Source: Candidatus Ratteibacteria bacterium (lineage in GTDB: Bacteria > Ratteibacteria > UBA8468 > B48-G9 > JAFGKM01). Taken from it: DNA of 64,000 nucleotides. The stretch's first letter is position 1; each line of letters opens with the position of its first letter. The stretch lies in contig JBKBIN010000001.1 in the NCBI GenBank assembly GCA_046296715.1, positions 1 to 64,000 on the forward strand. The letters are read 5' to 3'. The position numbers and the translations under genes were made by a program. The notes under the pieces are model-generated. The model did not search any database and had not been told where the DNA came from. It saw nothing but the letters and a program-made list of their open reading frames with translations. Shown here one piece after another: positions 38,749 through 48,904 of this stretch.

Positions 38749-39485
38749 ATTATTTTTTTGCCTTCAAAAATAGGACCATCTTTGCAAACTCTTTTATATG
38801 TCCAGTCATTTTCTTCTTTAATTTTTACGACACAACCATAACACATTCCCATTCCACAAGCCATATAATTTTCAAGAGATACATATATTGGTTTCCTTTT
38901 CCAATAAGAAATAAGTTTCTTACAAAGAGGCTCAGGTCCTGCAGTATACAAAATATCATAATCATTTTTGTATCTTTTAAATATCTCAAAGATATTCCCT
39001 TTTAAACCAAAACTTCCATCATCAGTAGAAAAGATGTAGTTTATTCCAAAGGGTAAAATATCAAAAAAAATCAATTTTTTATTTCTTGCTCCATAAAAAA
39101 AATAGATTTCATTCTTTCTCTTTTTTAATTCATTTGATAAAAAAATTAAAGGAGCAATTCCTGTTCCACCACCAATAAGTGCTACTTTTTTATTTTCATA
39201 GATTGGAAATGAATTACCACATGGACCTAAAATATCTAAAAAATCTCCCGCTTTTTTTTTGCTTAAAATTTCTGTTCCAAAACCAATTTTTTTATAAATT
39301 ATTCCTATATATTTTTTTGTGTAGAATGCCACTGAGAAAGGTCTTCTTAAAAAAGCACCCTCAATCTTTATATGAATAAAATTACCAGGTAAAAAAATTT
39401 CTTTGAACCTATTTTCAATTTGCATTAAATAAAAATCTTCTACAAGATTTTTATTTTCTAAAATTTTACATATTTCACTATTCAT
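38739..39485 (-). CDS. pyrK: Dihydroorotate dehydrogenase electron transfer subunit
   Basis: LRRPFS, GGGTGIAP, MACGMGMCYGC, VCKDGP. Confidence 0.93.
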   Translation of the reverse strand: MNSEICKILENKNLVEDFYLMQIENRFKEIFLPGNFIHIKIEGAFLRRPFSVAFYTKKYIGIIYKKIGFGTEILSKKKAGDFLDILGPCGNSFPIYENKKVALIGGGTGIAPLIFLSNELKKRKNEIYFFYGARNKKLIFFDILPFGINYIFSTDDGSFGLKGNIFEIFKRYKNDYDILYTAGPEPLCKKLISYWKRKPIYVSLENYMACGMGMCYGCVVKIKEENDWTYKRVCKDGPIFEGKKIIWE

Positions 39486-39534
39486 TTAATTTATGATAAC
39501 ATTTTCTAAAAAAAATTTAAAAAGGAGGATACAA

Positions 39535-40506
39535 ATGGAAATAAAAATTGCGTTTATTGGATGTGGTGGAATTGCACGTGCTCATATGATGCGACTTGCT
39601 AAAATTGAAGGTGTAAAGTTTGTAGGGATGTGTGATACAAATCAAGAAGCTGCCAAAGAATGCTCAAATATTTATGGAGGTAATGTTTACACTGACTTTA
39701 AAGAAATGTTTAATAATGAAAAAATAGATGCTTGTTATATATGTGTTCCTCCTTATGCTCATATTGGACAAGAAGAAGAATGTATTGAGAGGAATATACC
39801 ATTTTTTATTGAAAAACCAATAAATTTAAATTTGGAGAAAGCAGAAAAAATTGCTGAAAAAATAGAAAATAAAAATTTAATTACTTCAGTTGGCTATGTT
39901 TTAAGATACTTTGATATTATTGAAAAATTAAAAAAGATGATTGAGAAAGAAAAAATAGGTATTATAAGAGGCAGATATTATGGAGAAGTTCCTGGTGCTG
40001 GAAAAAAAATTTGGTTGATAAAAAAGAATATGTCAGGAGGTCAATTAATTGAACAGGCAACTCATATAGTAGATTTAATGAGATACTTTTTAGGTGATAT
40101 TATTGAAGTTTTTGCATATAAATTTGAAGGGATTAATAATAAAATTTATAAGGAGTATGATGTTGAAGATGGTTTAACAATGATTTTAAAATTTAAAAAT
40201 GGCATCATTGGAAATTTTACTTGTACATGGTTATGGAAGGGTTTTGAAAGTGATATTGAAATTGTAGGTAAAGATGTTATTTTTTACTATAAAGGTACTA
40301 CAATTGAAATAAATAGAGGAGTTAGAAACGAAAAATATATTTCATATATGGATCCAATGTATGAAGAAGATATTTCATTTATAAAAAGTATAATGGAGAA
40401 CAATCCAAAATATATAAAATCTGACTATAAAGATGCCCTTGAAACATTTAAAATAACTATCAAAGCCCATGAAAGCATAGAAAAAAAAGAACCAATTGAA
40501 CTTTAG
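39535..40506 (+). CDS. Gfo/Idh/MocA oxidoreductase
   Basis: IGCGGIA, IEKP, SGGQLIEQATH; RBS AGGAGG. Confidence 0.88.
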   Translation: MEIKIAFIGCGGIARAHMMRLAKIEGVKFVGMCDTNQEAAKECSNIYGGNVYTDFKEMFNNEKIDACYICVPPYAHIGQEEECIERNIPFFIEKPINLNLEKAEKIAEKIENKNLITSVGYVLRYFDIIEKLKKMIEKEKIGIIRGRYYGEVPGAGKKIWLIKKNMSGGQLIEQATHIVDLMRYFLGDIIEVFAYKFEGINNKIYKEYDVEDGLTMILKFKNGIIGNFTCTWLWKGFESDIEIVGKDVIFYYKGTTIEINRGVRNEKYISYMDPMYEEDISFIKSIMENNPKYIKSDYKDALETFKITIKAHESIEKKEPIEL

Positions 40507-40590
40507 TTTGTTTATCTTTAACAAAATTTGATAAAAAATTTTTCAATTTGAAATTGACTAATTTTGTAAAGATGTTTTAAAATAAGATTA

Positions 40591-41208
40591 ATGAAATTTA
40601 TATTTTTTGTAATTGTCGGTTACATTGTTGGAAGTATATCTTTTGCTTATCTTTTTACTTATTTTCTTACCGGAAAAGATATAAGAACTATTGGCACTGG
40701 AAATCCTGGCGCTGCAAATGTTGCAAGAAGTGTTGGAAAAAAATGGGGAATTATTGTATGGATTGCTGATACTACAAAAGGAATTTTTCCAATAACTCTT
40801 GCTCATTATTATGGCATTACAAACTTCATAATTCTAACTTTAATTGGTTCATCTGCTATAATAGGCCATTGTTATTCAATTTTTTTAAAATTCAAAGGAG
40901 GAAAAGGTGCTGCAACTACAGGAGGTGTTATTTTATATTTAATGCCCAAACTTTTTCCTCTTGTAATAATCTTATGGTTTTTTGCTCAGAAAACAAATCC
41001 AAGATCTCCAAAAATTTTAATTACCTGTATTTTAATATATTTTATTTTTCTTGCCTTCCTTTATAAACCTTTCTTCCTACAACTTTCACTTTCAACTTTA
41101 ATTCTAATTTTTATAGGTTTTATTGTTAACAAAGATGTAATTCAAGAAATAAAAAACTACTATAAGAAGGGATTAAAAAATGGTAATATGGAAAAGAAAA
41201 ATTTATAG
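40591..41208 (+). CDS. plsY: Glycerol-3-phosphate acyltransferase PlsY
   Basis: GYIVGSI, DIRTIGTGNPGAAN, GHCYS, FKGGKG. Confidence 0.88.
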   Translation: MKFIFFVIVGYIVGSISFAYLFTYFLTGKDIRTIGTGNPGAANVARSVGKKWGIIVWIADTTKGIFPITLAHYYGITNFIILTLIGSSAIIGHCYSIFLKFKGGKGAATTGGVILYLMPKLFPLVIILWFFAQKTNPRSPKILITCILIYFIFLAFLYKPFFLQLSLSTLILIFIGFIVNKDVIQEIKNYYKKGLKNGNMEKKNL

Positions 41209-41761
41209 GATTTTGATGGGTTCAATAGCACCCTTACTATATCTACTAACAAATTCTTTATTTTTCCCTCTTATTATTTCAACTTTTTTTTTAACTCTTC
41301 TCCTTGCTCTTGAGTATGAAAGATGGAAAAATCCAAATGTATGGGATTATATATTAAAAAAATATGGGAGGATTTTCAAAACTCCTCCAGGTAGACTAAC
41401 TGGAGATACATATTTTATACTTGCTACCTTTATTGTACTAATTTTTTTTACAAAAGAAATTGCAGTTCCTTCTTTATTTTTTTTAGTTTTTGGTGATGCT
41501 GGTAGTGGAATTATTGGTAGTAAATATGGAAAAACAAAAATTCTATCTGGAAAATCTTTAGAAGGTTTTATAGGAGGAATTTTTTTTAATCTTGTAATTA
41601 CTTTTCTAATTTACAAATTTATTGATTTACCTTTTTATATCTTACTTTTTGGTATTTTAATTTCTTCAATCGTTGAAATATTACCTTTAAAAATTGACGA
41701 CAATCTAACAGTAGGTCTCATAACACCACTTTTTATGGCGATATTAAAAAATGTTGTTTGA
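41180..41761 (+). CDS. SEC59/DGK1/VTE5-like CTP-dependent lipid kinase
   Basis: GDAGSGIIG, KSLEG, IDDNL; multi-TM. Confidence 0.75.
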   Translation: MVIWKRKIYRILMGSIAPLLYLLTNSLFFPLIISTFFLTLLLALEYERWKNPNVWDYILKKYGRIFKTPPGRLTGDTYFILATFIVLIFFTKEIAVPSLFFLVFGDAGSGIIGSKYGKTKILSGKSLEGFIGGIFFNLVITFLIYKFIDLPFYILLFGILISSIVEILPLKIDDNLTVGLITPLFMAILKNVV

Positions 41762-41773
41762 AGTTTGGAAATT

Positions 41774-42706
41774 ATGAAAAAAGGGATTGCTTTATCAGGA
41801 GGAGGTGCAAGAAGTTTCTGCCAGATTGGGGTTTTGAAAGTTCTTGAAAAAGAAGGTATTCATTTTGATGTTATTACAGGAACAAGTATGGGTGCTATAA
41901 TTGGGACTATTTATTCGTTCACACAAAGTGCTGAAAAGCTTGAAGAGATTATTTTAAAAATATTTTCAACTAATGAACTTAAAAAAATAGAAAAATTTTT
42001 TTCAAGAAAAAGAGAAAAAAGTTACTTAAATAGATTTTTAGATGGTGTAAAAGATTTTTCTATTCTTCTTTTTGATAGTTTCAAAACAGGGATTTTTAAA
42101 TCTGAAATTATAAAAGAAAAAATTTATAAATATATTGGGAAAGAAATCTATTTTGAAGAACAAAAAAATATTCTTGGTATAGTTGCAACTGATTACTTTT
42201 CAGGGGAAACTGTAATATTTAATAAAGGCAAAATTATTCCTTCCTTAATTGCTTCATGTGCAATCCCAGGGCTTATAACACCTGTAAAAATAGACGGTAA
42301 ATATTATATTGATGGTGGTGTGACAAGTAATTTACCAGTTATAGCAAATCATATTCTTGGAGGAGAAATAATAATCGGAGTAGAAAATAATTCCCAATTA
42401 GAAAAAAATAGACCATTTAATGCCTTTGAAGTTTTCCTCCAAATAGAAAAGATAAAAAATAATTACTATAACATTTTTGAAGGTTCACTAGCTGACTTTC
42501 TTTTAAAAATAGAATTACCTTATGTAGAATGGTACAATTTTTCAAAATTAAAGCAATGTATAACAATTGGTAAAGATTATGCATTAAAAAATTTAAAGTT
42601 AATAGAAAGAACTATTATTAATAATCAAAAAAAATTAGAACTAAGGAATGAAGTTATTGAAAATTTAAAAGATTTTTTTTCAATCAGGGAAACGTCCAGG
42701 ATTTAA
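41774..42706 (+). CDS. Patatin-like phospholipase
   Basis: ALSGGGAR, GTSMG, IDGG. Confidence 0.9.
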   Translation: MKKGIALSGGGARSFCQIGVLKVLEKEGIHFDVITGTSMGAIIGTIYSFTQSAEKLEEIILKIFSTNELKKIEKFFSRKREKSYLNRFLDGVKDFSILLFDSFKTGIFKSEIIKEKIYKYIGKEIYFEEQKNILGIVATDYFSGETVIFNKGKIIPSLIASCAIPGLITPVKIDGKYYIDGGVTSNLPVIANHILGGEIIIGVENNSQLEKNRPFNAFEVFLQIEKIKNNYYNIFEGSLADFLLKIELPYVEWYNFSKLKQCITIGKDYALKNLKLIERTIINNQKKLELRNEVIENLKDFFSIRETSRI

Positions 42707-43591
42707 CCAAGAAGACCATTGTTCAGGATATTTTTCAACCCATTCTTGAATTTTTTTAATAAAAAAAGCAGTATTTTCTTTTATGTCTTGTGAAATATTT
42801 TCCGTTTGTCTAATTTTATATGGTCCTTCAATAATTATTTTGTGTTTCATAAGTCCAGTTCTAATTGTATATAACCCAATTACTTTTGTTTTATATTTTC
42901 TCGCAAATACAGCAGCACCTGAAGGTACAAAAACCTTTCTTCCAAAAAACTCACATTCAATACCATTAGGAGCATGTTGATCTAAATATATGCATAAAAT
43001 CCCTCCATTTTTTAACCATCTCTGTGATTCCCAAAGTACTTTCTTTAAATCTCCTCTTGAAATTGAAGGCACATTATATTTCTCTCTTAACTTTCGTAAA
43101 TCTCGTTCAGTGTAATTATTAACAGACCTTGCTACAATTGTATTTACAGGATATCCTTTTTTATTAAGTACTAAAAGAGCAATTGGAAAGCTACCAAAAT
43201 GACCACTTATTGCAACAACTCCCTTTTTTTCTTTTAAAAGTTCTTTTAATATTTCCTCGCCTTCTATTTCAACCATTTCCATTAACTTTTCATCTTTAAA
43301 TTTATATAATTGAAAAAATTCTAAGAAACTCATACTTTCTTGAAAAACTCGTTTACACATGTTAATCTTTTCTTGTTTGGTATATTTATCTCCAAATGCA
43401 ATATCCATATTTTTCAAAACTAATCTTCTGTGTCCATTCATTACAAAAAAAGCAAAATTTCCCAAAAATTTGATCGTGCTTTCCAATAAGAAAAGAGGTA
43501 TAATTTTTATGAAAAAGATTATAATTCTTAAGACTATATAGATAATAATTCCGTTTTCAAATGGTTGCAAAAGTTTTTTAAATCTCATCAA
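42680..43591 (-). CDS. Lipid A lauroyl/lysophospholipid acyltransferase (LpxL/HtrB family)
   Basis: SGHFGS, YLDQH, EFFG, YPEQW. Confidence 0.8.
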   Translation of the reverse strand: MMRFKKLLQPFENGIIIYIVLRIIIFFIKIIPLFLLESTIKFLGNFAFFVMNGHRRLVLKNMDIAFGDKYTKQEKINMCKRVFQESMSFLEFFQLYKFKDEKLMEMVEIEGEEILKELLKEKKGVVAISGHFGSFPIALLVLNKKGYPVNTIVARSVNNYTERDLRKLREKYNVPSISRGDLKKVLWESQRWLKNGGILCIYLDQHAPNGIECEFFGRKVFVPSGAAVFARKYKTKVIGLYTIRTGLMKHKIIIEGPYKIRQTENISQDIKENTAFFIKKIQEWVEKYPEQWSSWLNPGRFPD

Positions 43592-43644
43592 AACTCTCCA
43601 ATCTTTCTTTGATCAATTATTTTAGGTATAATATATCATCAAAA

Positions 43645-46299
43645 ATGAAAAAAATTTTTCTATTACCATTGAATTTAAAAAACAAAACAAACTTTTTACT
43701 TTCACGAATAAAAGAATTCAATTTTGACACAAACTATATATATGTTACTTCAAATTTCTGTAAAATTCAAGATTTCAAACTGAATTTCTACAATTATTTT
43801 AAAGACTCTCCCCTTCCACTAACCTTTACACTTAAATCTTTGGCTTTAAAAATTATTGAAGAAAAAAGTAAGAAAAAAGTAATTACTGATATAGAAAGAT
43901 TACTTATAATTCTTGAAATTATAAAAAAAGAAGAAACAAAAATACCTTCATATACACACGAAGGAATATCTAAAATAATTCTGAACTTTATAAAAGAAAT
44001 TAAAATTAACTCTACAACATATCCAAAACTTGGCGAAATCAAAAATGAAGTTTTAAAGTTCCCCTGGAAATATGAAGTCAATAGAAAAAATGTAGAATTT
44101 GCATTAGAAATTTTTGAAAAATACCAAGAATATTTAGATAAAAAAAATTTAATAGATCTTGAAGATATTTATGAAGAAGCAACAAAATTAGAGAAGAACT
44201 TTAAAACCATTATATTTGAGAATATAGTAGAAATCCCAAAATATCAAAGAAATTTTATGGTTAATCTTATTAATTCTGCTGAAACAGTTATTTTTTCATA
44301 TTATAAACCAAATTTTTTTTCAATAGATACACAACAATATATAATAAATGAAACAATTAATTTTCTGAAAGGTATAACCAATTGGGAAATAGAAGAAATT
44401 GACGGAGACAGATACCAACCAGAAATTGAATGTTTCAATTTTTCAACAAAGGAAGAAGAGATAAAAGGTATTATTGATTTAATAAAAATTGAAATTGTAA
44501 ATAGAAAAATAAATTTAGATGATTTTTTAATAACCTGTCCAGATATGTTAAATTATAGAAATTATATAAAAAGAATTTTTTCAAGGTTCAATTTACCTGT
44601 TGAATTAATACCTGGGTATTCTTTTGTTCTTGAACCATCAATTTCTCCAATTTTTGAATTTCTTACTTTTTCAGATACTTACAGGTGGAATATTTTAATG
44701 AATATTTTGACTTCTCCTTATTTTTTAAAAATAGATAAAAAAGAAGTTGAAAAATTTTCAGAATCTACAAGAGAAAACTACGAAAGAATTGGTTTCTATA
44801 AAGATGATTTTGAAAATTTAACCGGTAAAAATATTGAAATAATTAAAGAATGTCTAAATTTAATAAAAGAAAAAAAGACTCTTTCTGAATGGGGACAAGT
44901 GTTGAAAAACATTTTAGAAATTACTGGGTGGTATCCTTCAGAAATAGAAATTGAAATTGAATTTAAAAGATTATTGGAAAAACTTGTTGGTTGGTATTCT
45001 TTAAGTAAAGAAGAATTTATAAATTTACTTATAAAACTATTAGAGATGATAGAAGTTGAAGAAGGAAAAGGAGAAGGAATTAGGGTAAGCGGTGTAATAG
45101 AAAGTTTGGGTATTGAAAAAAAGGTCTGTTTTTTTTGTGGAGCAACGGAAGCAAACTTTCCCAATGCACCTAAAACAGAAGAATTATTGCTCCCAGATAA
45201 GTTAAAAAGAGATTTAGGATTGGACTTTTTTGAAAAAAAGATTGCAAGAGATAGATGTGATTTCTATAGAATTAAAAATGAACATGAAAAAATAATTTTT
45301 ACATTTCCATCAAAAATTGATGATCAACTTCAAATGCAGTCAATTTTTATTTTTGATATACAGACTAAAAAAGAACTGACAAAGGAATTTTCTATTACTT
45401 CTAAAGAGTTATTTAAAATTGAAATAGATTATGAGAAATTTGAAAAGAAATACAAAAAGAAAGACAAACTTAAAATTGAAGTGACAGAATTAGAATTATT
45501 GTTAAGTTGCCCTTATAGATTTTATTTAGAAAATGTAGAAAATATAAAGCCATATAGAATACCAGAAATACAAGAAGCACCTGATATATTTGGGAAAATA
45601 GTTCATGAAACTTTTAAAGAGACATTTGAAGACGAAAAAGGGAAAGTTATAGATTCGCAAAAATTAAATGAGTATAAAAATAAATTTGAAGTTTTAATGA
45701 ACACAAAAATTAATCAATATCTTGAAAAAAAGAAAATTTCAAATATTTACAAAAATGTTATTAGAATAAGACAAGACGAAATTTTAAATAAGTTTGAAAA
45801 AATTGTAAATAATTTTAGTGGGACAACCTTATTGGACTTTGAAATGAATATTAATTTTGAAGATGAAAAAATAATTAAAAATTTAATTTTAAAAGGTAGA
45901 ATAGATGTACTTGCAAAAATAGAAGACAAAATTACAATAGTTGATATAAAAACAGGCACTTCCTGGTATTGTTCATATACAGAGAACGATTTTTTTGAAA
46001 AAGGTAATATTCAGATTCCTTTATATGTTTGGATATATTCAAAACAGAATAAAATTTCTTATAAAGATCTGCAGGCAATTGTCTGGAATTTTAGTTTTGT
46101 AAACGATGCTGAGGAAAATAAAATAGCTTTTAATTATGATTTTTCAAAACCTAAGTTCAATTATATGGAAAAAATAGAAGAATATTTGCAAGATTTAACC
46201 GAAAAATTAATTAAGAAAAAATTCATTTTTTTACCAAAAGAGGATAAATCTGAATGTTTTTTATGTGATTATAAGGAGTTGTGTGTATATGGAGAATAA
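43645..46299 (+). CDS. addB: AddB-like subunit with C-terminal PD-(D/E)XK nuclease
   Basis: CPYRFY, GKIVHE, GRIDVL..IVDIKTG, QIPLY, CFLCDYKELC (Fe-S cysteines). Confidence 0.75.
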   Translation: MKKIFLLPLNLKNKTNFLLSRIKEFNFDTNYIYVTSNFCKIQDFKLNFYNYFKDSPLPLTFTLKSLALKIIEEKSKKKVITDIERLLIILEIIKKEETKIPSYTHEGISKIILNFIKEIKINSTTYPKLGEIKNEVLKFPWKYEVNRKNVEFALEIFEKYQEYLDKKNLIDLEDIYEEATKLEKNFKTIIFENIVEIPKYQRNFMVNLINSAETVIFSYYKPNFFSIDTQQYIINETINFLKGITNWEIEEIDGDRYQPEIECFNFSTKEEEIKGIIDLIKIEIVNRKINLDDFLITCPDMLNYRNYIKRIFSRFNLPVELIPGYSFVLEPSISPIFEFLTFSDTYRWNILMNILTSPYFLKIDKKEVEKFSESTRENYERIGFYKDDFENLTGKNIEIIKECLNLIKEKKTLSEWGQVLKNILEITGWYPSEIEIEIEFKRLLEKLVGWYSLSKEEFINLLIKLLEMIEVEEGKGEGIRVSGVIESLGIEKKVCFFCGATEANFPNAPKTEELLLPDKLKRDLGLDFFEKKIARDRCDFYRIKNEHEKIIFTFPSKIDDQLQMQSIFIFDIQTKKELTKEFSITSKELFKIEIDYEKFEKKYKKKDKLKIEVTELELLLSCPYRFYLENVENIKPYRIPEIQEAPDIFGKIVHETFKETFEDEKGKVIDSQKLNEYKNKFEVLMNTKINQYLEKKKISNIYKNVIRIRQDEILNKFEKIVNNFSGTTLLDFEMNINFEDEKIIKNLILKGRIDVLAKIEDKITIVDIKTGTSWYCSYTENDFFEKGNIQIPLYVWIYSKQNKISYKDLQAIVWNFSFVNDAEENKIAFNYDFSKPKFNYMEKIEEYLQDLTEKLIKKKFIFLPKEDKSECFLCDYKELCVYGE

Positions 46300-48880
46300 A
46301 ATACCTTTTGAGGCAGTTATTAAAGAAGCATCAGCTGGAACAGGGAAAACATATTCAATCATAGAAAAGATTTTTGATTTAAAAAAAGAATATGGTTCTT
46401 TTGAAATTTTAAGTAAAATATTGGGTATCACTTTTTCTGAAAATGCAGCAATAGAATTAAAAAAAAGACTTATTGATGAAATTTTAAATAAAGAATATGG
46501 AAAACTTTCAGATACAGAAAAAATTAACTTACAGAATATTCTTTTAAGAATAAATTTTTCAACAATACATTCTTTTGCAAAAAAAATCCTAAAAAGATTT
46601 GCATTTATGCTCCAAATAGACCCATTTTTCAAAATCATTAATGAAAGAGAAAGTGATATACTTTTTTCTGAATCTTTAAGTAAAACATTCATAAATTCAG
46701 AAAAAACCAAAATTTTTTATGAGATATTAAAAAAAATAAAATTAAATCAATTTACAAAAATTATTTTTGGAATGAAAAAATTACATCCATATGTGTTCTT
46801 GGGTTATCCTTATTCATCTTCTCTTCTTACCAAATCAATATCAAAATTTTATAAAACTATTGATAATGAGTATTTTCTTTTAAAAAAAGAATTGGGTTAT
46901 TTAGATTTTGATGATCTTGAAAAACTTTCATATTCAATACTTAACGAAAACCCCGAATCACTTTTAATTCTTGAAGATTTTGACGAAAAGATTAACTTTA
47001 TTTTTGTTGATGAATTTCAAGATACAAACTTATTACAATGGAAAATAATTCAAAAATTAATAGAAGAATGGCTTTCTGGATGGGGTGCAAAAGCTGAAAA
47101 AGGAGAAAAATATGGAATTTATATTGTTGGAGATAAAAAACAATCAATTTATAAATTTAGAGGTGCTGAAAGTAGTTTGTTTGAGGAGGCAAAAAAAGTT
47201 CTAAGCAATTATAGTAAACTTGAGAAACTGAAAATAAATTATAGAAGTTCCGACGAAATTATTAAATTTGTAAATAAAGTTTTTGAAGATGAAGAAGCAT
47301 GGAAAGGAGAAGAGATTGTTCCCAACGAGAAAATGATGGGAATCCCTTCAAAAATTGAAATTGTTTCTTTTAATGAAAAAGAAAAAGAATATGATTGGAT
47401 TTGCAATAAAATTTGTTCACTTTTAAAGAAAGAAAACATTTTGATTTTTGATAGAACAGAAGAAAATTATAGAAAAATTGAACTTAGAGATATTATGATT
47501 TTAATAAGGAAAAGGAATAAAAATTTTAGACTTCTTGAAGAGAAATTAAAAACCTACAATATACCTTATGTTGTTATTGGTGGAATAGGTTTCTATCAAG
47601 AATTAGAAATAAAATTTCTTCTTTCGTTGGTTTATGGCCTTATTGACCCTACCGACTATTATTCTTTATGGAACCTTAAAAATTCAATTTTTAAAATTGA
47701 TGAGAATAAAATTTATAAATGGCGTAAAAAAATGAATGAATATGAAATTTCATTTTTAATAGAAAAAATACTTAATGAGATTAATTTCTGGAATAATTTA
47801 AATACTCAGCAAATAGCAAATGTGGAAAAGTTTTTATCAATTTTACAAGACCAATCACATCTACCTCACTATCAAATCCTAAAAAATCTTAAAGAACTTT
47901 CTAAAAATACTCTTGAACCAAAAGCAGATGTATTTTCAGTACATCAAAATGCAGTCAAAATAATGACAATACACAAAGCAAAAGGACTTGAATCTCCTGT
48001 TGTTTTTCTAATAAATATAGAAGACCTTACATACGATACAAGAAATGACTTGTTTTTTTATAAAAAGTCAAAAGATGAATACATATATACATACAAAAAT
48101 GAAAGCGAAGAACAATTCAAAGAGGAGTTTAAATGTCAAATGTTAGAAGAAGAAAATAGAATACTTTATGTTGCTTTAACAAGAGCAAAACAATTTCTTT
48201 ATATCACAGGCAATATTGAGAAAAACTCCTCTATTCTTAATAAAATCAAAAAAAATAGTGAATCTTATCCACCAGAAAAAGAGGAACAATTAGAACCTTT
48301 AAAGTTTGAGGAGATTAAAGAAGAAAAGAAAGTTGGTGTGCCTATTGTTTTTAAATCTTTGTTATCATTTACAAAAGAAAAAAGAGAAAAAGGAATTTCT
48401 TATCTGGAAACAATTATTGGGTCAATAGTTCACAAAATTATTCAAGAAATAAGTAATGGTCTTTTAGAATATAGCGATGAGAAGATAAAAAGCAGAATTA
48501 GGTTTTACTTACAAAAAGAAATTGCAAAAGAAAAAATGGATGAATATGAACGAAAAATTTTTGAAATTTTTGAAAATTTACAAAAAAATAAAGAAATTGT
48601 TGAAATTATAAAAGAAAAGGTCTCTGAAAATGTAAAAAGTGAATATCCTTTTATCTGTGAAATAAATGGAAAAATTTATGAAGGAGTAATAGATAAAATT
48701 TTTATAGAAAAAGATAAAATAAAAATTTATGAATTTAAAACATTTCTCTCTTCTTCAAAAAATTATAGAGAACAACTTGAAATTTATAAAACAGCTGTAA
48801 AAAAGATTTTTAAAATAGATGATGTTGAATGTTTTATAATTGACTTTAAAGAAGCAAAAATGATAAAATTTAACATTTAA
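46289..48880 (+). CDS. addA: AddA-like UvrD helicase-nuclease (compact)
   Basis: ASAGTGKT, VDEFQDT, VGDKKQSIYKFRGA, NYRS, MTIHKAKGLE, YVALTRAK, GVIDK..YEFKT. Confidence 0.82.
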   Translation: MENKIPFEAVIKEASAGTGKTYSIIEKIFDLKKEYGSFEILSKILGITFSENAAIELKKRLIDEILNKEYGKLSDTEKINLQNILLRINFSTIHSFAKKILKRFAFMLQIDPFFKIINERESDILFSESLSKTFINSEKTKIFYEILKKIKLNQFTKIIFGMKKLHPYVFLGYPYSSSLLTKSISKFYKTIDNEYFLLKKELGYLDFDDLEKLSYSILNENPESLLILEDFDEKINFIFVDEFQDTNLLQWKIIQKLIEEWLSGWGAKAEKGEKYGIYIVGDKKQSIYKFRGAESSLFEEAKKVLSNYSKLEKLKINYRSSDEIIKFVNKVFEDEEAWKGEEIVPNEKMMGIPSKIEIVSFNEKEKEYDWICNKICSLLKKENILIFDRTEENYRKIELRDIMILIRKRNKNFRLLEEKLKTYNIPYVVIGGIGFYQELEIKFLLSLVYGLIDPTDYYSLWNLKNSIFKIDENKIYKWRKKMNEYEISFLIEKILNEINFWNNLNTQQIANVEKFLSILQDQSHLPHYQILKNLKELSKNTLEPKADVFSVHQNAVKIMTIHKAKGLESPVVFLINIEDLTYDTRNDLFFYKKSKDEYIYTYKNESEEQFKEEFKCQMLEEENRILYVALTRAKQFLYITGNIEKNSSILNKIKKNSESYPPEKEEQLEPLKFEEIKEEKKVGVPIVFKSLLSFTKEKREKGISYLETIIGSIVHKIIQEISNGLLEYSDEKIKSRIRFYLQKEIAKEKMDEYERKIFEIFENLQKNKEIVEIIKEKVSENVKSEYPFICEINGKIYEGVIDKIFIEKDKIKIYEFKTFLSSSKNYREQLEIYKTAVKKIFKIDDVECFIIDFKEAKMIKFNI

Positions 48881-48904
48881 GTAAAATAACAAAAGGGAGA
48901 ATCT

